From the NCBI GenBank assembly GCA_963823665.1, contig CAWGMQ010000007.1, positions 800,001 through 864,000 of the forward strand: DNA of 64,000 nt. Reading direction: 5' to 3'. The position numbers were made by a program, and so were the translations under genes. The stretch is from an uncultured Planctomycetota bacterium. GTDB lineage: Bacteria; Planctomycetota; Planctomycetia; Isosphaerales; Isosphaeraceae. Position 1 is the first letter of the stretch. The number at the start of each line of letters is the position of its first letter. Below the pieces are notes generated by a model. That model worked only from the letters and a program-made list of their open reading frames with translations. It was not told the DNA's origin and made no database searches. Positions 24,368-35,500 of this stretch are shown piece after piece.

Positions 24368-24510
24368 ATGCGTCAGGTAAAGCTCGAGAAAGGCAGTAGT
24401 GACTCGACACACAGAAATCTTTTAACGCGACCCTGCGGGTTAACGAGCCCCGCCCGGCCAAAGCTTGGCCGGCAGCCGGAAGCGAGGCTTCTGTAAGGAG
24501 GGGTGATAGC
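24368..24510 (+). mobile_element. Probable 5' fragment (domain I) of a group II intron; no RT ORF follows
   Basis: (A)TGCGTCAGGTAAAGC..GAAAGG...GACCCTGCGGGT...CCCGCCCGGCCAAAGC.TGGCCGGCAGCCGGAAGCGAG resembles, from memory, 5' ends of bacterial group II introns (GUGCG start). Confidence 0.55.
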
Positions 24511-24933
24511 CGGGGAACCACTCCAGGTGACTTCTCGACAGCAAGCTAAGAGGATGGGTGTCGGGCTCCTCCACGAACTGACCTCGATGGAAACTGCGCT
24601 CAACTGCTTGGTCCGAACACGTACTGATGTCGGTACATATTGCTTCGGGCGGCCGCGCACGTCGGTCATGTCGACCACCGAGGCCAAGGGCGCGGGTCCG
24701 AAGTCGGGAAAGTGCAATGAGCACGGTCAGTCCATTGATCGGCTGAGAACGCTCGTGTATTCTGGCCCTTCTACCGGTCGACCACGATTGCCAGCGACCG
24801 GGGGCTCCTCTGAATCGTCATTTCGCGGCCGGGTCGCTCCGCGTGGACTTCGCTGCCAAGACGCGCGTGACCGAGGTTTGACGCGGCAGCTCGGGCCGCT
24901 GGGAGCGAGGCATGGCAACTCCGGACCCCGATC

Positions 24934-26316
24934 GTGCCCCCTCCCACCGCGTTCATCTCGTACTCGTGGGACAACGACGCGCACAACGACTGGGTCAAGC
25001 GCCTGGCCGCCCGACTCCGCAGCCAAGGGATTAAGTCGATCCTCGACCGCTGGCACGTCGTGCCTGGTGACCCCCTCCCGGCGTTCATGGAAACGTCCAT
25101 CCGGGAGAGCGACTTCGTCATCGCCGTCTGCACGCCCAAATACAAGGAGAAGATGGACAATCGCACCGGCGGCGCGGGTTACGAAGGCGAGATGATGTCG
25201 GCGGAGGCCTCGACGCTCCGGAACAACCGGAAGTTTATCGCCGTCCTTCGCAGCGGGACTCCAGAGACCGCCTTGCCCTCGTGGCGCACGGCCTCATATT
25301 GGATCGACCTCCGCGGCGACCCGTACTCCGAGTTGCACTACCTCGACTTGTTGCAGACGCTCCACGGCGCCCGTGAGACGGCCCCAGACATCGGGTCGGA
25401 CTTCCCGGACTGGAGTGCGCGGAAGGCGAGCCCGTATCCGCTACAACCAGACAGAGCGCCGCCCCCTACGGAGGCACAGCTTCCGCCCGTTCTGAAGGCG
25501 TCTGAACTTCCCCCCGCGGTCCATTTTGATCAGGCCGTGTCCGGTGAAACCGCGACCCCGGACACGGGCTCGCACCCGAGCGAAGCCATCGCTGTCGTAA
25601 GCACCCCCGAGCGCCCCGAGGAACCAGCCCGCCCGCCTTTGTCGAAGACGCGGGGCCTCCGACGGTGGTGGAGGCTCACCTGGCGTCGGGCGGCGGTCGC
25701 CGCCGTCCTGCTTGCCGTGATCGCTTCAGGCTACCTTTTCTTCGAGTCACCCCGCGGGCAGATCATTTTCAACCGTCTGCGCCTCGTTCTCAACCCGGCG
25801 TCGGCTGTGACATGGGGAAACTTGGCATGGAGCTATCGAGCGATAGATGACTTTACGGAGGCGGAAAGGTGCTTCGATAAGGCGGTCCGGCTGGAGCCGG
25901 AGGACGGCGAGCGCCACAGCAGCCGGGCAATTCTCCTTATGAATATGGCAGATTCGCAGGAACCTGAGCTGAAAAGTGCAGAAAGAATCCGGCTCGGGGA
26001 GAAGGCGATCGCGGACTTCGACCGGGCATTCGCCCTCGGGTACGACATGATTTATGGCCACATGGAGAAGGCCACACTCCTGATAAAAACAGGGCACCCA
26101 GAGCTGGCCATACCCGAACTGAACGGGGCGGTCAAGTCGTACGAGGAAGTCGTCCAGAAAACCCGGAGGGATTTGTCCTGGATGCGGGGCGAGGCGTACT
26201 TTCTGCGGGGCGTGGCTTATCTACGGAAGGGCGAGGGCGAAAAGGCGGACGCGGATTTCCGGAAAGCCCAAGAATTCAAATACTGGCGGAATGTAGAAAC
26301 GTTTCATGATTATTAA
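24934..26316 (+). CDS. TIR/SEFIR-domain protein with single TM helix and C-terminal TPRs
   Basis: 'AFISYSWD..AH..WV..LA..LR..GI...LD.W...PGD.LP.FME..I..SDFVIAVCTP.Y......GGAGYEG'; Pro-rich linker; 'RRAAVAAVLLAVIASGYLFF'; TPR helices. Confidence 0.85.
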   Translation: MPPPTAFISYSWDNDAHNDWVKRLAARLRSQGIKSILDRWHVVPGDPLPAFMETSIRESDFVIAVCTPKYKEKMDNRTGGAGYEGEMMSAEASTLRNNRKFIAVLRSGTPETALPSWRTASYWIDLRGDPYSELHYLDLLQTLHGARETAPDIGSDFPDWSARKASPYPLQPDRAPPPTEAQLPPVLKASELPPAVHFDQAVSGETATPDTGSHPSEAIAVVSTPERPEEPARPPLSKTRGLRRWWRLTWRRAAVAAVLLAVIASGYLFFESPRGQIIFNRLRLVLNPASAVTWGNLAWSYRAIDDFTEAERCFDKAVRLEPEDGERHSSRAILLMNMADSQEPELKSAERIRLGEKAIADFDRAFALGYDMIYGHMEKATLLIKTGHPELAIPELNGAVKSYEEVVQKTRRDLSWMRGEAYFLRGVAYLRKGEGEKADADFRKAQEFKYWRNVETFHDY

Positions 26317-26605
26317 GTGGGTAGCCGCAAGGGCAGGGCGGCGGGCGCGCACCTCGTCCGTTGATACGGCGAGGCGCCGGACCAGGCGGTTGGATGTGGT
26401 TTGTTTGGACGTCATTTTTCGAAACTGGAAGCGCTGACTGCCACGATCGGAACCAAGAAGTCCGCACCAGTTTTGGGCTTGGTCTCCGGCGTCTTCTGAT
26501 ACCCGTCGGCAAAGTCGATCGGCCGTTCAGGCCCTCCGCTCGTGCCCAGCACACCGAGACTTTGGCCTAATGGCAGTTTCTACTTCTCAATGCCTCAAAC
26601 CCGCC

Positions 26606-27430
26606 TCATCCAAACGCAATCCCCGCGTTCTTTAGAATCCCTTTGAGCGCATTCGCCGCATCGGCAAACCGGTCGGGCCCTGTAAACCCGAACGATTTCT
26701 CGGCTACAACGAGGTGCGGTTCGAGCGTGCAAAATCCGTCGTAGCCCCAGCCTGCTGCTTCCGCGAGCAGCCGCGGAATCTGGCCGTCGCCGGCGCCGGC
26801 GGGGACATTGCGGTGCAGCTTCGTGTCGTAATCCTTGACGTGGAAGTGCTTCACATGCGGGCGCAGCAGCGACCATGCTTCGTCGATCGACTGCCCGACC
26901 TCGAGGTAGTTGGCCGGGTCGAAGGCGTGGATCAAGAAGGGTGAGCTCACAGATTCGAGCACGTCCGCCACTCGCGCTGCGGTGTCTCCGTAGATTCCCT
27001 TTTCGTTCTCGAGGATCAGCGTGATGCCACGATGCGCCGCGAGGCTGGCAAGCTCGGTAATCCGGGCCACAACCGCTTCGCGGTGGATGGCTGGGTCATC
27101 TCCCGGCGGCATGTAAAAGCTGAAAATCCGGATCCGGGGTGCCTCGTAGTAGTCGGCGAGCTGCATGGCGATCTCGAACCGCGTGAGGTGCTCCTCGAAC
27201 TTCTCCGTTATCATGACTTTGCCGATTGGCGAGCCGATGGCGCTCAGTCCGAAACCACGAGATCGCAGAAGGTTGCGATACTCTGCGTGCTGGCTCTCGG
27301 AAAGGTCGAGGACGTTCGTTCCGTGAATCGCGCGGAACTCGATAAACTTGATGCCGTGCCGGGCCAGCACGTCAACTTGCTCGACGGGGTTCTGGGAGAT
27401 CTCGTCGGCAAACGCACTCAGGCGGATCAT
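26606..27430 (-). CDS. Sugar phosphate isomerase/epimerase (xylose isomerase-like TIM barrel)
   Basis: 'LSAFADEI', 'GSPIGK', 'IRIFSFY', 'LENEKGIYGD', 'FDPANY', 'HFHVKD', 'TLEPHL'. Confidence 0.9.
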   Translation of the reverse strand: MIRLSAFADEISQNPVEQVDVLARHGIKFIEFRAIHGTNVLDLSESQHAEYRNLLRSRGFGLSAIGSPIGKVMITEKFEEHLTRFEIAMQLADYYEAPRIRIFSFYMPPGDDPAIHREAVVARITELASLAAHRGITLILENEKGIYGDTAARVADVLESVSSPFLIHAFDPANYLEVGQSIDEAWSLLRPHVKHFHVKDYDTKLHRNVPAGAGDGQIPRLLAEAAGWGYDGFCTLEPHLVVAEKSFGFTGPDRFADAANALKGILKNAGIAFG

Positions 27431-27610
27431 CAGTTGTCTCCCGGCGGTTTTCCAGGTGGCGGCTGCTGCTCGAATCGCTACGATGGATCATATTCGACGG
27501 CTGGCCGAAAGAGCCAGGCACTGGTGGCTTGCCGCACAGGTCTCGGGTAGGATAGGAATTGCCACGGGTTGCTGGCTTCTGGACCCTCGCGGGAACACGG
27601 TTTCATTTCG

Positions 27611-28108
27611 ATGATGACGATCGTTTGGCCTCTGCTGATTTACTGGCTTGTGTTGTTCGTCGTGTGCTTCGTGCTGGTGGAGATCGGGCACGACCAGCTT
27701 TACGACGAAGCTCCCAAACACGCGGGTTTGAGGGTCGCCGGGGGGTCGCTCGTGTTGGCCGCTTTGTTGGCGGGCCTGCGCGCCTGCGGCTTTCCTTCTT
27801 CGTTCGAATTCATGTTCACCACCAACATCGGCTGGACGTTGCTTCAAGGCGTGGTCTGGTTCCTCGTCTTCATGTTCATTTTTCAATTTCATCCGTGGCA
27901 TGCCCTCGGACTGGGTGTCGCCGCGATGCTGCTGGTTTCGGGGCTGGCCACGATGGGTGTCGATAGCCTGCTTGCCAAGTCGCGTGATGTGTCGGCCGCA
28001 ACCCGGCCGTTAATCACGAACGACCCGGTGCGGCAGTCGCTCGGAGCCGGACCCGGTGCCGCAGCCCCTTCGGCCCCTCCGGCCAAAGAGACGGAAAAAG
28101 CGAAATAG
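27611..28108 (+). CDS. Hypothetical integral membrane protein (~4 TM)
   Basis: Four hydrophobic segments; 'FQFHPWHA' loop. Confidence 0.75.
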   Translation: MMTIVWPLLIYWLVLFVVCFVLVEIGHDQLYDEAPKHAGLRVAGGSLVLAALLAGLRACGFPSSFEFMFTTNIGWTLLQGVVWFLVFMFIFQFHPWHALGLGVAAMLLVSGLATMGVDSLLAKSRDVSAATRPLITNDPVRQSLGAGPGAAAPSAPPAKETEKAK

Positions 28109-28181
28109 TCGAATCGGGTCTTTCGCCGGCGAGCGACAGGCCGGTCATGTTTCAATAGAGACAATGTGGAGGATCAAGATC

Positions 28182-28577
28182 GTGGGATACGTGACTCGTG
28201 AATTCGCCCATGCGGAAACGCTGGAACGAGCAAAGCGCTGGTTGATCGAAGTGGGTTTCCTTCCCAGCCGGATCGAAGTGCATGCGCATGGCACTTACCG
28301 GATCACGGTCTCCGTCGAATCGGGCCAGGCAGATGAAGTTGAACGCATACTCGATGCCGTTGCCACCGCCGAGCCGGATGGGCCCCCAAGCTTCTGGGAC
28401 CACACCCACCATCATCACAGCGGCCCGAAGCAAGGCGTGCCCGCCGCGCCCGAGGCGGGTCCGCTCCAAGCGGAAACGTTCGACATCACCTGGCGCCCCG
28501 TCGACCCGTCGAGCGAAGTGACACAAACGTCGACTGAAATCGAGAAACAAAAGGCGTACCGGGAAGACCGTGAGTAG
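28182..28577 (+). CDS. Hypothetical protein with a short His cluster
   Basis: GGAGG RBS before GTG at 28182; 'FWDHTHHHHSG'. Confidence 0.65.
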   Translation: MGYVTREFAHAETLERAKRWLIEVGFLPSRIEVHAHGTYRITVSVESGQADEVERILDAVATAEPDGPPSFWDHTHHHHSGPKQGVPAAPEAGPLQAETFDITWRPVDPSSEVTQTSTEIEKQKAYREDRE

Positions 28578-28589
28578 TGGGCGGTCGAC

Positions 28590-28694
28590 TGGACGCTACG
28601 GCTCTTTGGCCGACGAAATGGCCGTCCCGGGTCTGGTCGATTCGATTAGCACCCGAACGGTGTGGCAGACGCTAAAGAAAACGACATCCAGCCC
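28590..28694 (+). mobile_element. Degenerate IS630-family transposase remnant
   Basis: With small indels it translates to 'WTLRL.ADEM.V.GLVDSIS..TV.QTLKK.DIQP', the winged-HTH/frameshift region typical of IS630 ORFA ends. Confidence 0.55.
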
Positions 28695-28797
28695 AAAGTC
28701 TTGAGGCGCCATTCCGCATTCACGGTCTCGTCGTGCTGGCGTGATTGGGCGCGCGTTCGCAGCGCCGTCAGAGCTCGTCGTCGAAATGGAAAGTCGG

Positions 28798-31700
28798 TCA
28801 ATCCGGATTGCCCGCCAGAACGAACGCAGCCCAATAGTGGGGCGACGCATACGGCCGCTCGGTGTCGCCGCCGGGCGGAATCGCCGCCGCGGGCGTGCGG
28901 GCCTTGCTCCCTTTGCCACGCTCGACGCCTCCTCCTGATAGCTCCGCGGTCAGCGCGAGCGCCTCATCGCGGCGCAGACCACGCAACCACGTCTTCGCCT
29001 CTCGCAGCGCCTCGGCCTTCGGCATCGGAGCATCGAGCCCCTTCCTCTTTCCCAGCAAATTGGCATAGAAACGCTGCATGAGCAAGGCCGTAGCCGTGTC
29101 GTCCACCTTCCAGAGCGACAAACACACGCTCCGCGCGCAGAGATCAACAGCGCCTGCGTGAATCCTACGAACCCCTCTCCGCCGAGATCGCGTCCCAGCG
29201 CCGTCTCGCACGCCGAAAGCGTGACCATTTCGGCCTTCAAGTCCCAATCATGCTGAATTTCGCGCACCAACAGCCGGCCGTCGAACACCGGCTTGTTGGC
29301 CAGAGCCTGCTCGAGTGGGTCAGGCAGGCCCGTTTGAGCCAGGATTATAGCGGAACGAGTGGGCCTATCTTCATCGATCACGCCGTGAGTTGCCAGATGG
29401 ATGAAGCCGTATCTCTCCAGCTCGCCGGAGGTGGCGAGGCGGTCCAGCTCGGGCTCGCTCGCCTCTGTTTCGAGGAGGGTCCGGACTGGCCGATCATCCA
29501 ACTTGAAGAGTCGCGCAAGTGCTTCGATCTCGTATCGCGTCCCCGGAAGCGGGGCGAAATCCTCGTCGCCACTCCGTGCTGCGACGAGCACCTTCTTCAT
29601 CGAGCGGTTCGCGGCGATCGCTTCGGGTGCAGGCCGCGCGTCGATCAACACGCCGAGCTTGCCAGGCGGCAGGCCTCGCTTGGAAGATCGTCCGTCTCGC
29701 CATACTTCCACGACGATCGGTTCTCCGCCTCCGTCGATGACTTTGAGATCCTCGATCTTGTTCAATTTCAGGCCGTTGTAGGCCAGCAAGACATCACCGG
29801 CCTTGAAGCCGTTTTTCGCAGCGCTGGACCCTGGCGCCACGACATTGACGAGGAGGCCATGATCCGGAACCGGCCCCGGATCGCTCGACTTCTCTGGTCG
29901 CTCGTAGACCGGGTCGCCCAGAGCCAACAGGCCCGCACGGCGGACTGGCCGCGTTTGCTCGCGCAGATACTTGAACACCGTCCCCGACGGGGCGTAACTC
30001 ACTACCCGCGTGTCACCGCGGTCGAGCAGCGCCTCGACCGGAATGCCCCTCATCGAATGCGAAGGAAGGACAATCACCGTGCGAGTTGTCGCTCCCAGGG
30101 CTTGCGCGAGCGGCTCGAGTCGCTGAACACGGAGCTTCTCGAGCAGCGGTAGCAAGTCGGAAGAGGTACCTCCTGGCGTCTTGCGCAGCTCTGCCCGAAC
30201 GCGATCCGCGAGCGCGTTATCACCCTTGGTCCAGAGCCCGTTCGGACCAGTCCCGACGATTGGCACCCATGCAGGAACTCCTTCCGGTCGGACGACCACA
30301 CCCCAATGATCGCCGTCGGGATCAGCCGCATTCGGGCCGCGTGGCGCATTATCGACCCAGGAGATCAGGGCAGCATCGGCAGGCAGCGCGGATTGGATCT
30401 TGCTCAGCCTGGCAACCTCGCCCGCGAGCGCACCGTGATCTTTGGCTAGCTTCGTCTGGAACTCACCCAGAGCAATGCTGGCCAGCTCGCGCTCGCGCTT
30501 CAAGTCTTCAAATCGCTTTGCTCTCTCGGTCTGATCAAGGCCTTTGGGCGTTGCTTCCACCAGCCGATCGAGCCGTTCCAGCTCGGTCGTCAGTGCGCGT
30601 AGACGGAGGCGCTCCTCGGGGTTGAGACGGCTGTCATCGCGGGCGGCCAAATCGTCGAGCAACCCGCGGCCGAGTTCTTCTTCAAGCGCCTGCCAGGCCT
30701 CGGCGGGCTGACCGAGCCTGGCAAGCACCGCCGCGAGGGCACGACCCACGGAGCACCGAGCCCCCGCGCGTTCTAGTCCGGTGAACGCAACAAGCCGCCG
30801 CGCCGCGTCCAGGCTCGTCACGGCGCGAATCCAATGCTCGCGCGCTTCAGTGTATTTCCCCTGCGCAGCGAGATTCAATGCCAGCAGGCCCAAGCCAGTG
30901 CCAGTATCCGGGTGGTCGTCTCCCAGCAACTGGAGCTGAATACTCAGCGCCTTCTCGTATAACGGCTGGGCCTGCGCGTACCGCCCTTGGGTGTCGTGGA
31001 TTGACGCCAGATTCTTATAGCTTAGCGCGGTTTCCGGGTGGTCATCGGTAAGCAGCCGGCGACGGATCTGAAGCGCCTTCTCGTAAAGCGGCTGGGCCTG
31101 CGTGTACTTCCCCTGGGCGTCGAGGTTCGCCGCCAGATTGTTGTAGCTTCGTGCGGTGTCAGGATGGTCATCAGTGAAAAGTTGACGGTATATTTCCAGC
31201 GACTTCTCTAACAGGGGCTGGGACTGGATGTACTTCCTCTGGTCGTTGAGAGTTATCGCCAGGTTGTTGAGGCTCAGGGCGGTGTCGGGGTGCGCGTCGG
31301 TAAGTAGACGGCGACGGATTTCCAGCGCCTTCTCATACAGCGCCTGGGCCTGGGCGTACGTCCCCTGGGCATTCAAGTTACGCGCCAGGTTGTTGTAGCC
31401 CGTTGCGACGGTGGGGTGGGCCTCGGTGAGAAGACGACGGTTGATCTCCAACGCCTTCTCGCAAAGCGGCTGGGCCTGGGCATACCTGCCCTGAGAATTC
31501 AGATTGTATGCCACGTTGTTAAAGCTCAGCGCGGTGTCGGGGTGGGCGTCGGTGAGAAGACGGCGACGAATCTCGAGCGCCTTCTCAAGCAGCGGCTGAG
31601 CCTGGGCAAGTTTACCCTGTTGACTGAGGTTCATCCCGACGTTGTTAAAGCTGGCCGCGGTGAAGCGGTGGTTGTCGGTAAGCAAACGTCGGAGGATCTC

Positions 31701-32522
31701 CAGCCCCTTCTCGTAGAACGGCTGAGCCTCGGCGTATTTTCCCTGCGCGTTGAGGTTGACCGCCACATTGTTATAGCTTTCTGCGGTGGCGAAATGTTCG
31801 TCCGTGAGCAGGCGGCGGCGAATCTCAAGCGCTTGCTCGAGGAGTCGCGCGGCCTGGGCGTACTTCCCTTGCGCATGAAGGTTGGTTCCGATGCTGTTGT
31901 AAGTTTCGGCGGTGTCCGGGTGATTCTCGGTAAGCAAGTGGCGGCGGATTTCCAGCGCCTTCTCGTACAGGGCCTCAGCCTCGGTGTACCTCGCCTGGGC
32001 GTTCAGATTGATCGCCAGATCATTGTAGCGTGCTGCGGTGGTGGGATTTTCGTCTGTAAACAGGCGCCTTAGAATATCCAGGGCCTGCTCAAAAAGTGGC
32101 TGGGCTTCCGCGTACTTCCCCTTCCTGTGCAACGCCACGGCCTGCTGATGGATTGTCTGGCTCGACACGACGATCGCGCGATCCTCCTTCGACATCGCAG
32201 CCGTCCGCCGTAGCGAGCGGAGACGGAATTCTTCGGTTACTGTTTCAAAGTGCTTCGCTCCCAGCACTCGCGACCGCAGCTCGAGTAATTCCTCTCCCCG
32301 CGCGATCACCTCGTCCCAGCGATCCGACTCAATCGCGGCGCCGATCGTTCTCTCCAACTCCTCCGCCCGTTTGTAGTCCTCGCCGGTCAGCTTCCGCGCG
32401 CCGGCGACCGCAGACTGCGAGTCCTTGGGAGTTGCCGTTTGGGCGTGCGAACTCGATGCCAGAACCACGCCCGCGAGATTGATCAACAGCCCAATTGAAA
32501 CCGCAGTGCGACAAGCCGTCAT
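28798..32522 (-). CDS. Signal peptide-TPR-CHAT (caspase-like) protease with PDZ-like insert, copy 1; frameshift at ~29138
   Basis: Signal 'MTACRTAVSIGLL...SSSHA|Q'; ten 42-aa TPRs; 'IHLATHG' and 'VTLSACET' His/Cys dyad; 'YASPHYWAAFVLAG' end. One C is missing relative to copy 2. Confidence 0.88.
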
Positions 32523-32553
32523 GTGGAACCTCATCAACGATGCGGAAATTCGA

Positions 32554-35500
32554 TCAATCCGGATTGCCCGCCAGAACGAACGCAGCCCAATAGTGCGGCG
32601 ACGCATACGGCCGCTCGGTGTCGCCGCCGGGCGGAATCGCCGCCGCGGGCGTGCGGGCCTTGCTCCCCTTGCCACGCTCGACGCCTCCTGATAGCTCGGC
32701 GGTCAGCGCGAGCGCCTCATCGCGGCGCAGACCACGCAACCACGTCTTCGCCTCTCGCAGCGCCTCGGCCTTCGGCATCGGAGCATCGAGCCCCTTCCTC
32801 TTTCCCAGCAAATTGGCATAGAAACGCTGCATGAGCAAGGCCGTAGCCGTGTCGTCCACCTTCCAGAGCGACAAGCACACGCTCCGCGCGCCAGAGATCA
32901 ACAGCGCCTGCGTGAACCCCACGAACCCCTCTCCGCCGAGATCGCGTCCCAGCGCCGTCTCGCACGCCGAAAGCGTGACCATTTCGGCCTTCAAGTCCCA
33001 ATCATGCTGAATTTCGCGCACCGACAGCCGGCCGTCGAACACCGGTTTGTTCTGGATCGCCTGCTCGAGCGGGTCGGGCAATCCGGCCTGAGTCAGGATC
33101 ACTGCCGAGCGCGCGGGTTGGTCTTCGTCGATCACACCGTGGGTGGCCAAATGGATAAAGCCGTACTTCCGAAGCTCACGCGAAGCCGCAATACGCTCCA
33201 GTTCCGGCTCGCTCGCGCCGGCTCCGAGCATGATCCGGGTGGGCCGACCATCCGAATTGAATAGCTGCGCGAGCGACTCGACCTCATACCGTGTGCCTGG
33301 CAAGGGCGGCAACGCCTCCCCGCCGCCACGCGCCGCAACCAGCATCTTTTGAACTGCGCGATGCGCAGCGATCGCCTCGCGAGCCGGCCGCGAATCCAGC
33401 ACCACGCCGAGTTTGCCCGGCTCCACATCACACCGCGATGACTTGCCATCCCTCCAGAAGTCGACTCCGATCGATTTGTTGCCATCCGCGACGACCTTGA
33501 GGTCGTCCTTGACCTTGAGCGCCAATCCATTATAGGCCAGCAGCACGTCTCCCGCTTTCAGGCCGTGCATGGCGGCGTTGGAACGGGGCATTGCCACGTT
33601 GACCAGCAGGCCGTGATCAGGCAACGGTTCCGGATCGCTCGAGGGCTGCGGTTGCTCGTACAGCGGATCGCCGAGCGCCAGCAGTCCCGCATGGCGGTCA
33701 GCCCGAGGCTGCTCTCGGAGGTACTTGAACACCGTGGCTGACGGGGCATAGCTCACCGTCCGGAAGTCATCGAGGGCAAAGAGCGCCTCGATCGGCACAC
33801 CCGCGAGCATATAGGAAGGAAGGATAACCAGCCGGCGGGTTGCCGTGCCCAGGGCCTTTGCCAGCGGATCGAGCCGTTGAGCGCGTAGTTTCGCGAGCAT
33901 GGGTTGAAGGATCGATGCGCCAGCCGGCGCGTTCTTGCGAAGTTCCGTCCTGACACGCTGCGAGAGAGCAACGTCGTCGTCGCTCCATAGCCCGTCCTTA
34001 CCGGTCCCGGTGATTGAGATCCATTCCGGAACGCCTTGAGACCGAACGACCACGCCCCAGTGCTCGCCGCCGGAGTCGGCCGCCGTCGGGCCGAATGGCC
34101 GAATATCCACCCAGGCAACCAGGACGGTGTCGGCCGGCAACGCGGCCTGGATCTCGCTCAGCTTGGCGACCTTCCCCGCCACCGAATCATGCTTCTCGAC
34201 AAGTTTCGTCTGGAATTCACCCAGAGCAACGCTGGCCAGCTCGCGATTGCGTTTCAAGTCCTCGAACCGTTTTGCCCGCTCGACGTTGTCGAGTCCCTTC
34301 GGGGTGGCCTCCACCAACCGATCGAGGCGATCCAGCTCACTCTTCAGCTCGCGAAGGCGGACCTGGTCCGCGGGGCCGAGGCGCTGGTCCTGCCGCGCGG
34401 CCAATTCGTCAAGCAGCCCTCGGCCCAGGCCTTCCTCCAGCGCTTGCCACGCATCGGCCGGTTGGCCCAACCGGGCGAGTACGGCGGCCAGGCAGAGGCG
34501 CGTCGAATTCTTTGTCCCCGCGCGTTCCAGGCCGCTGAAGGCCAACCCCAATCGAGCCTTATCCAGGCTCTTGGCTGCGCTCATCCATCGGTTCCGCGCT
34601 TCGGTGTATCTCTCCTGAGCCGCCAGGTTGGCTGCCAGGCGATTCAAGCTGATGGCGAGATCCGGGTGATCGTCGCTGAGCACGCGGTGGCGGATCTCGA
34701 GCGCTTTCTCATACAGGGGCTGGGCCTGGGCATACTTGCCCTGTCGCGTGAGGTTCGCCCCCAGGTTCTCGTAGCTTCGGGCGGTGCTTGGGTGGTTGTC
34801 GCCAAGCTGCCGGCGGTGGATCTCGAGCGCCTTCTCATAAAGGGACTGCACCTGGGCGTACTTTCCCTGGGCCGTGAGGTTGTTCGCCAGATTGTTGTAG
34901 CCCAAGGCGGTGTCCGCGTGGTCGTCTGTAAGCAATCTCCGTTTAACTTCCAGGGCCTTTTCCAGGAGCGGCTCCGCCTGGGCGTGCTTCCCCTGCGCCT
35001 CGAGGTTAGTCGCCAAGTTGTTCAAGCTGAGGGCGGTGCTCGGGTGACTATCCGGGAGCGCGCGGCGTTTGATTTCCAGGGCCTTCTCCAGGAGCGGCTC
35101 GGCCTCGGAGTACTTCCCCTGGGCGTTCAAGTTCATTCCGACGTTGTTGTAGCTCAGTGCGGTGTCGGCGTGGTCGTCAGTGAGGAGGCGGCGCTTGATT
35201 ACCAGAGCCTTCTCCAGGAGCGGCAGGGCCTCGGCGTACTTCCCTTGGCGGCTCAGGTTCACTGCCAGAGCGTTGTAGCTGGCGGCGGTGTACGGGTGAT
35301 CGTCCGTGAACGCGCGGCGGTGAATCTCGAGCGCCTTCGCGAAGAGCGGCTGCGCCTCGGCGTACTTTCCTCGATAGGCAAGGTTTGCCGCCAGATTGTT
35401 GAAGCTGATGGCGAGATCCGGGTGGCCATCGGCGAGCAACCGGCGGCGCATCTCGAGCGCCTGTTCAAGCACGGGCTGGGCCTGGGCATGTTTCCCCTGA

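Noticed and set aside
28950..32675. ORF-track start at 32675 and stop at 28950 for CHAT copy 1
   Set aside because: The N-terminal extension is off-frame read-through of the copy 2 tail, and the C-terminus results from the 29138 frameshift; paralog alignment gives 32522-28798.
28798..33050. Diversity-generating retroelement TR/VR pair
   Set aside because: Both copies are coding gene ends, the few differences are not adenine-specific, and no reverse transcriptase is present.
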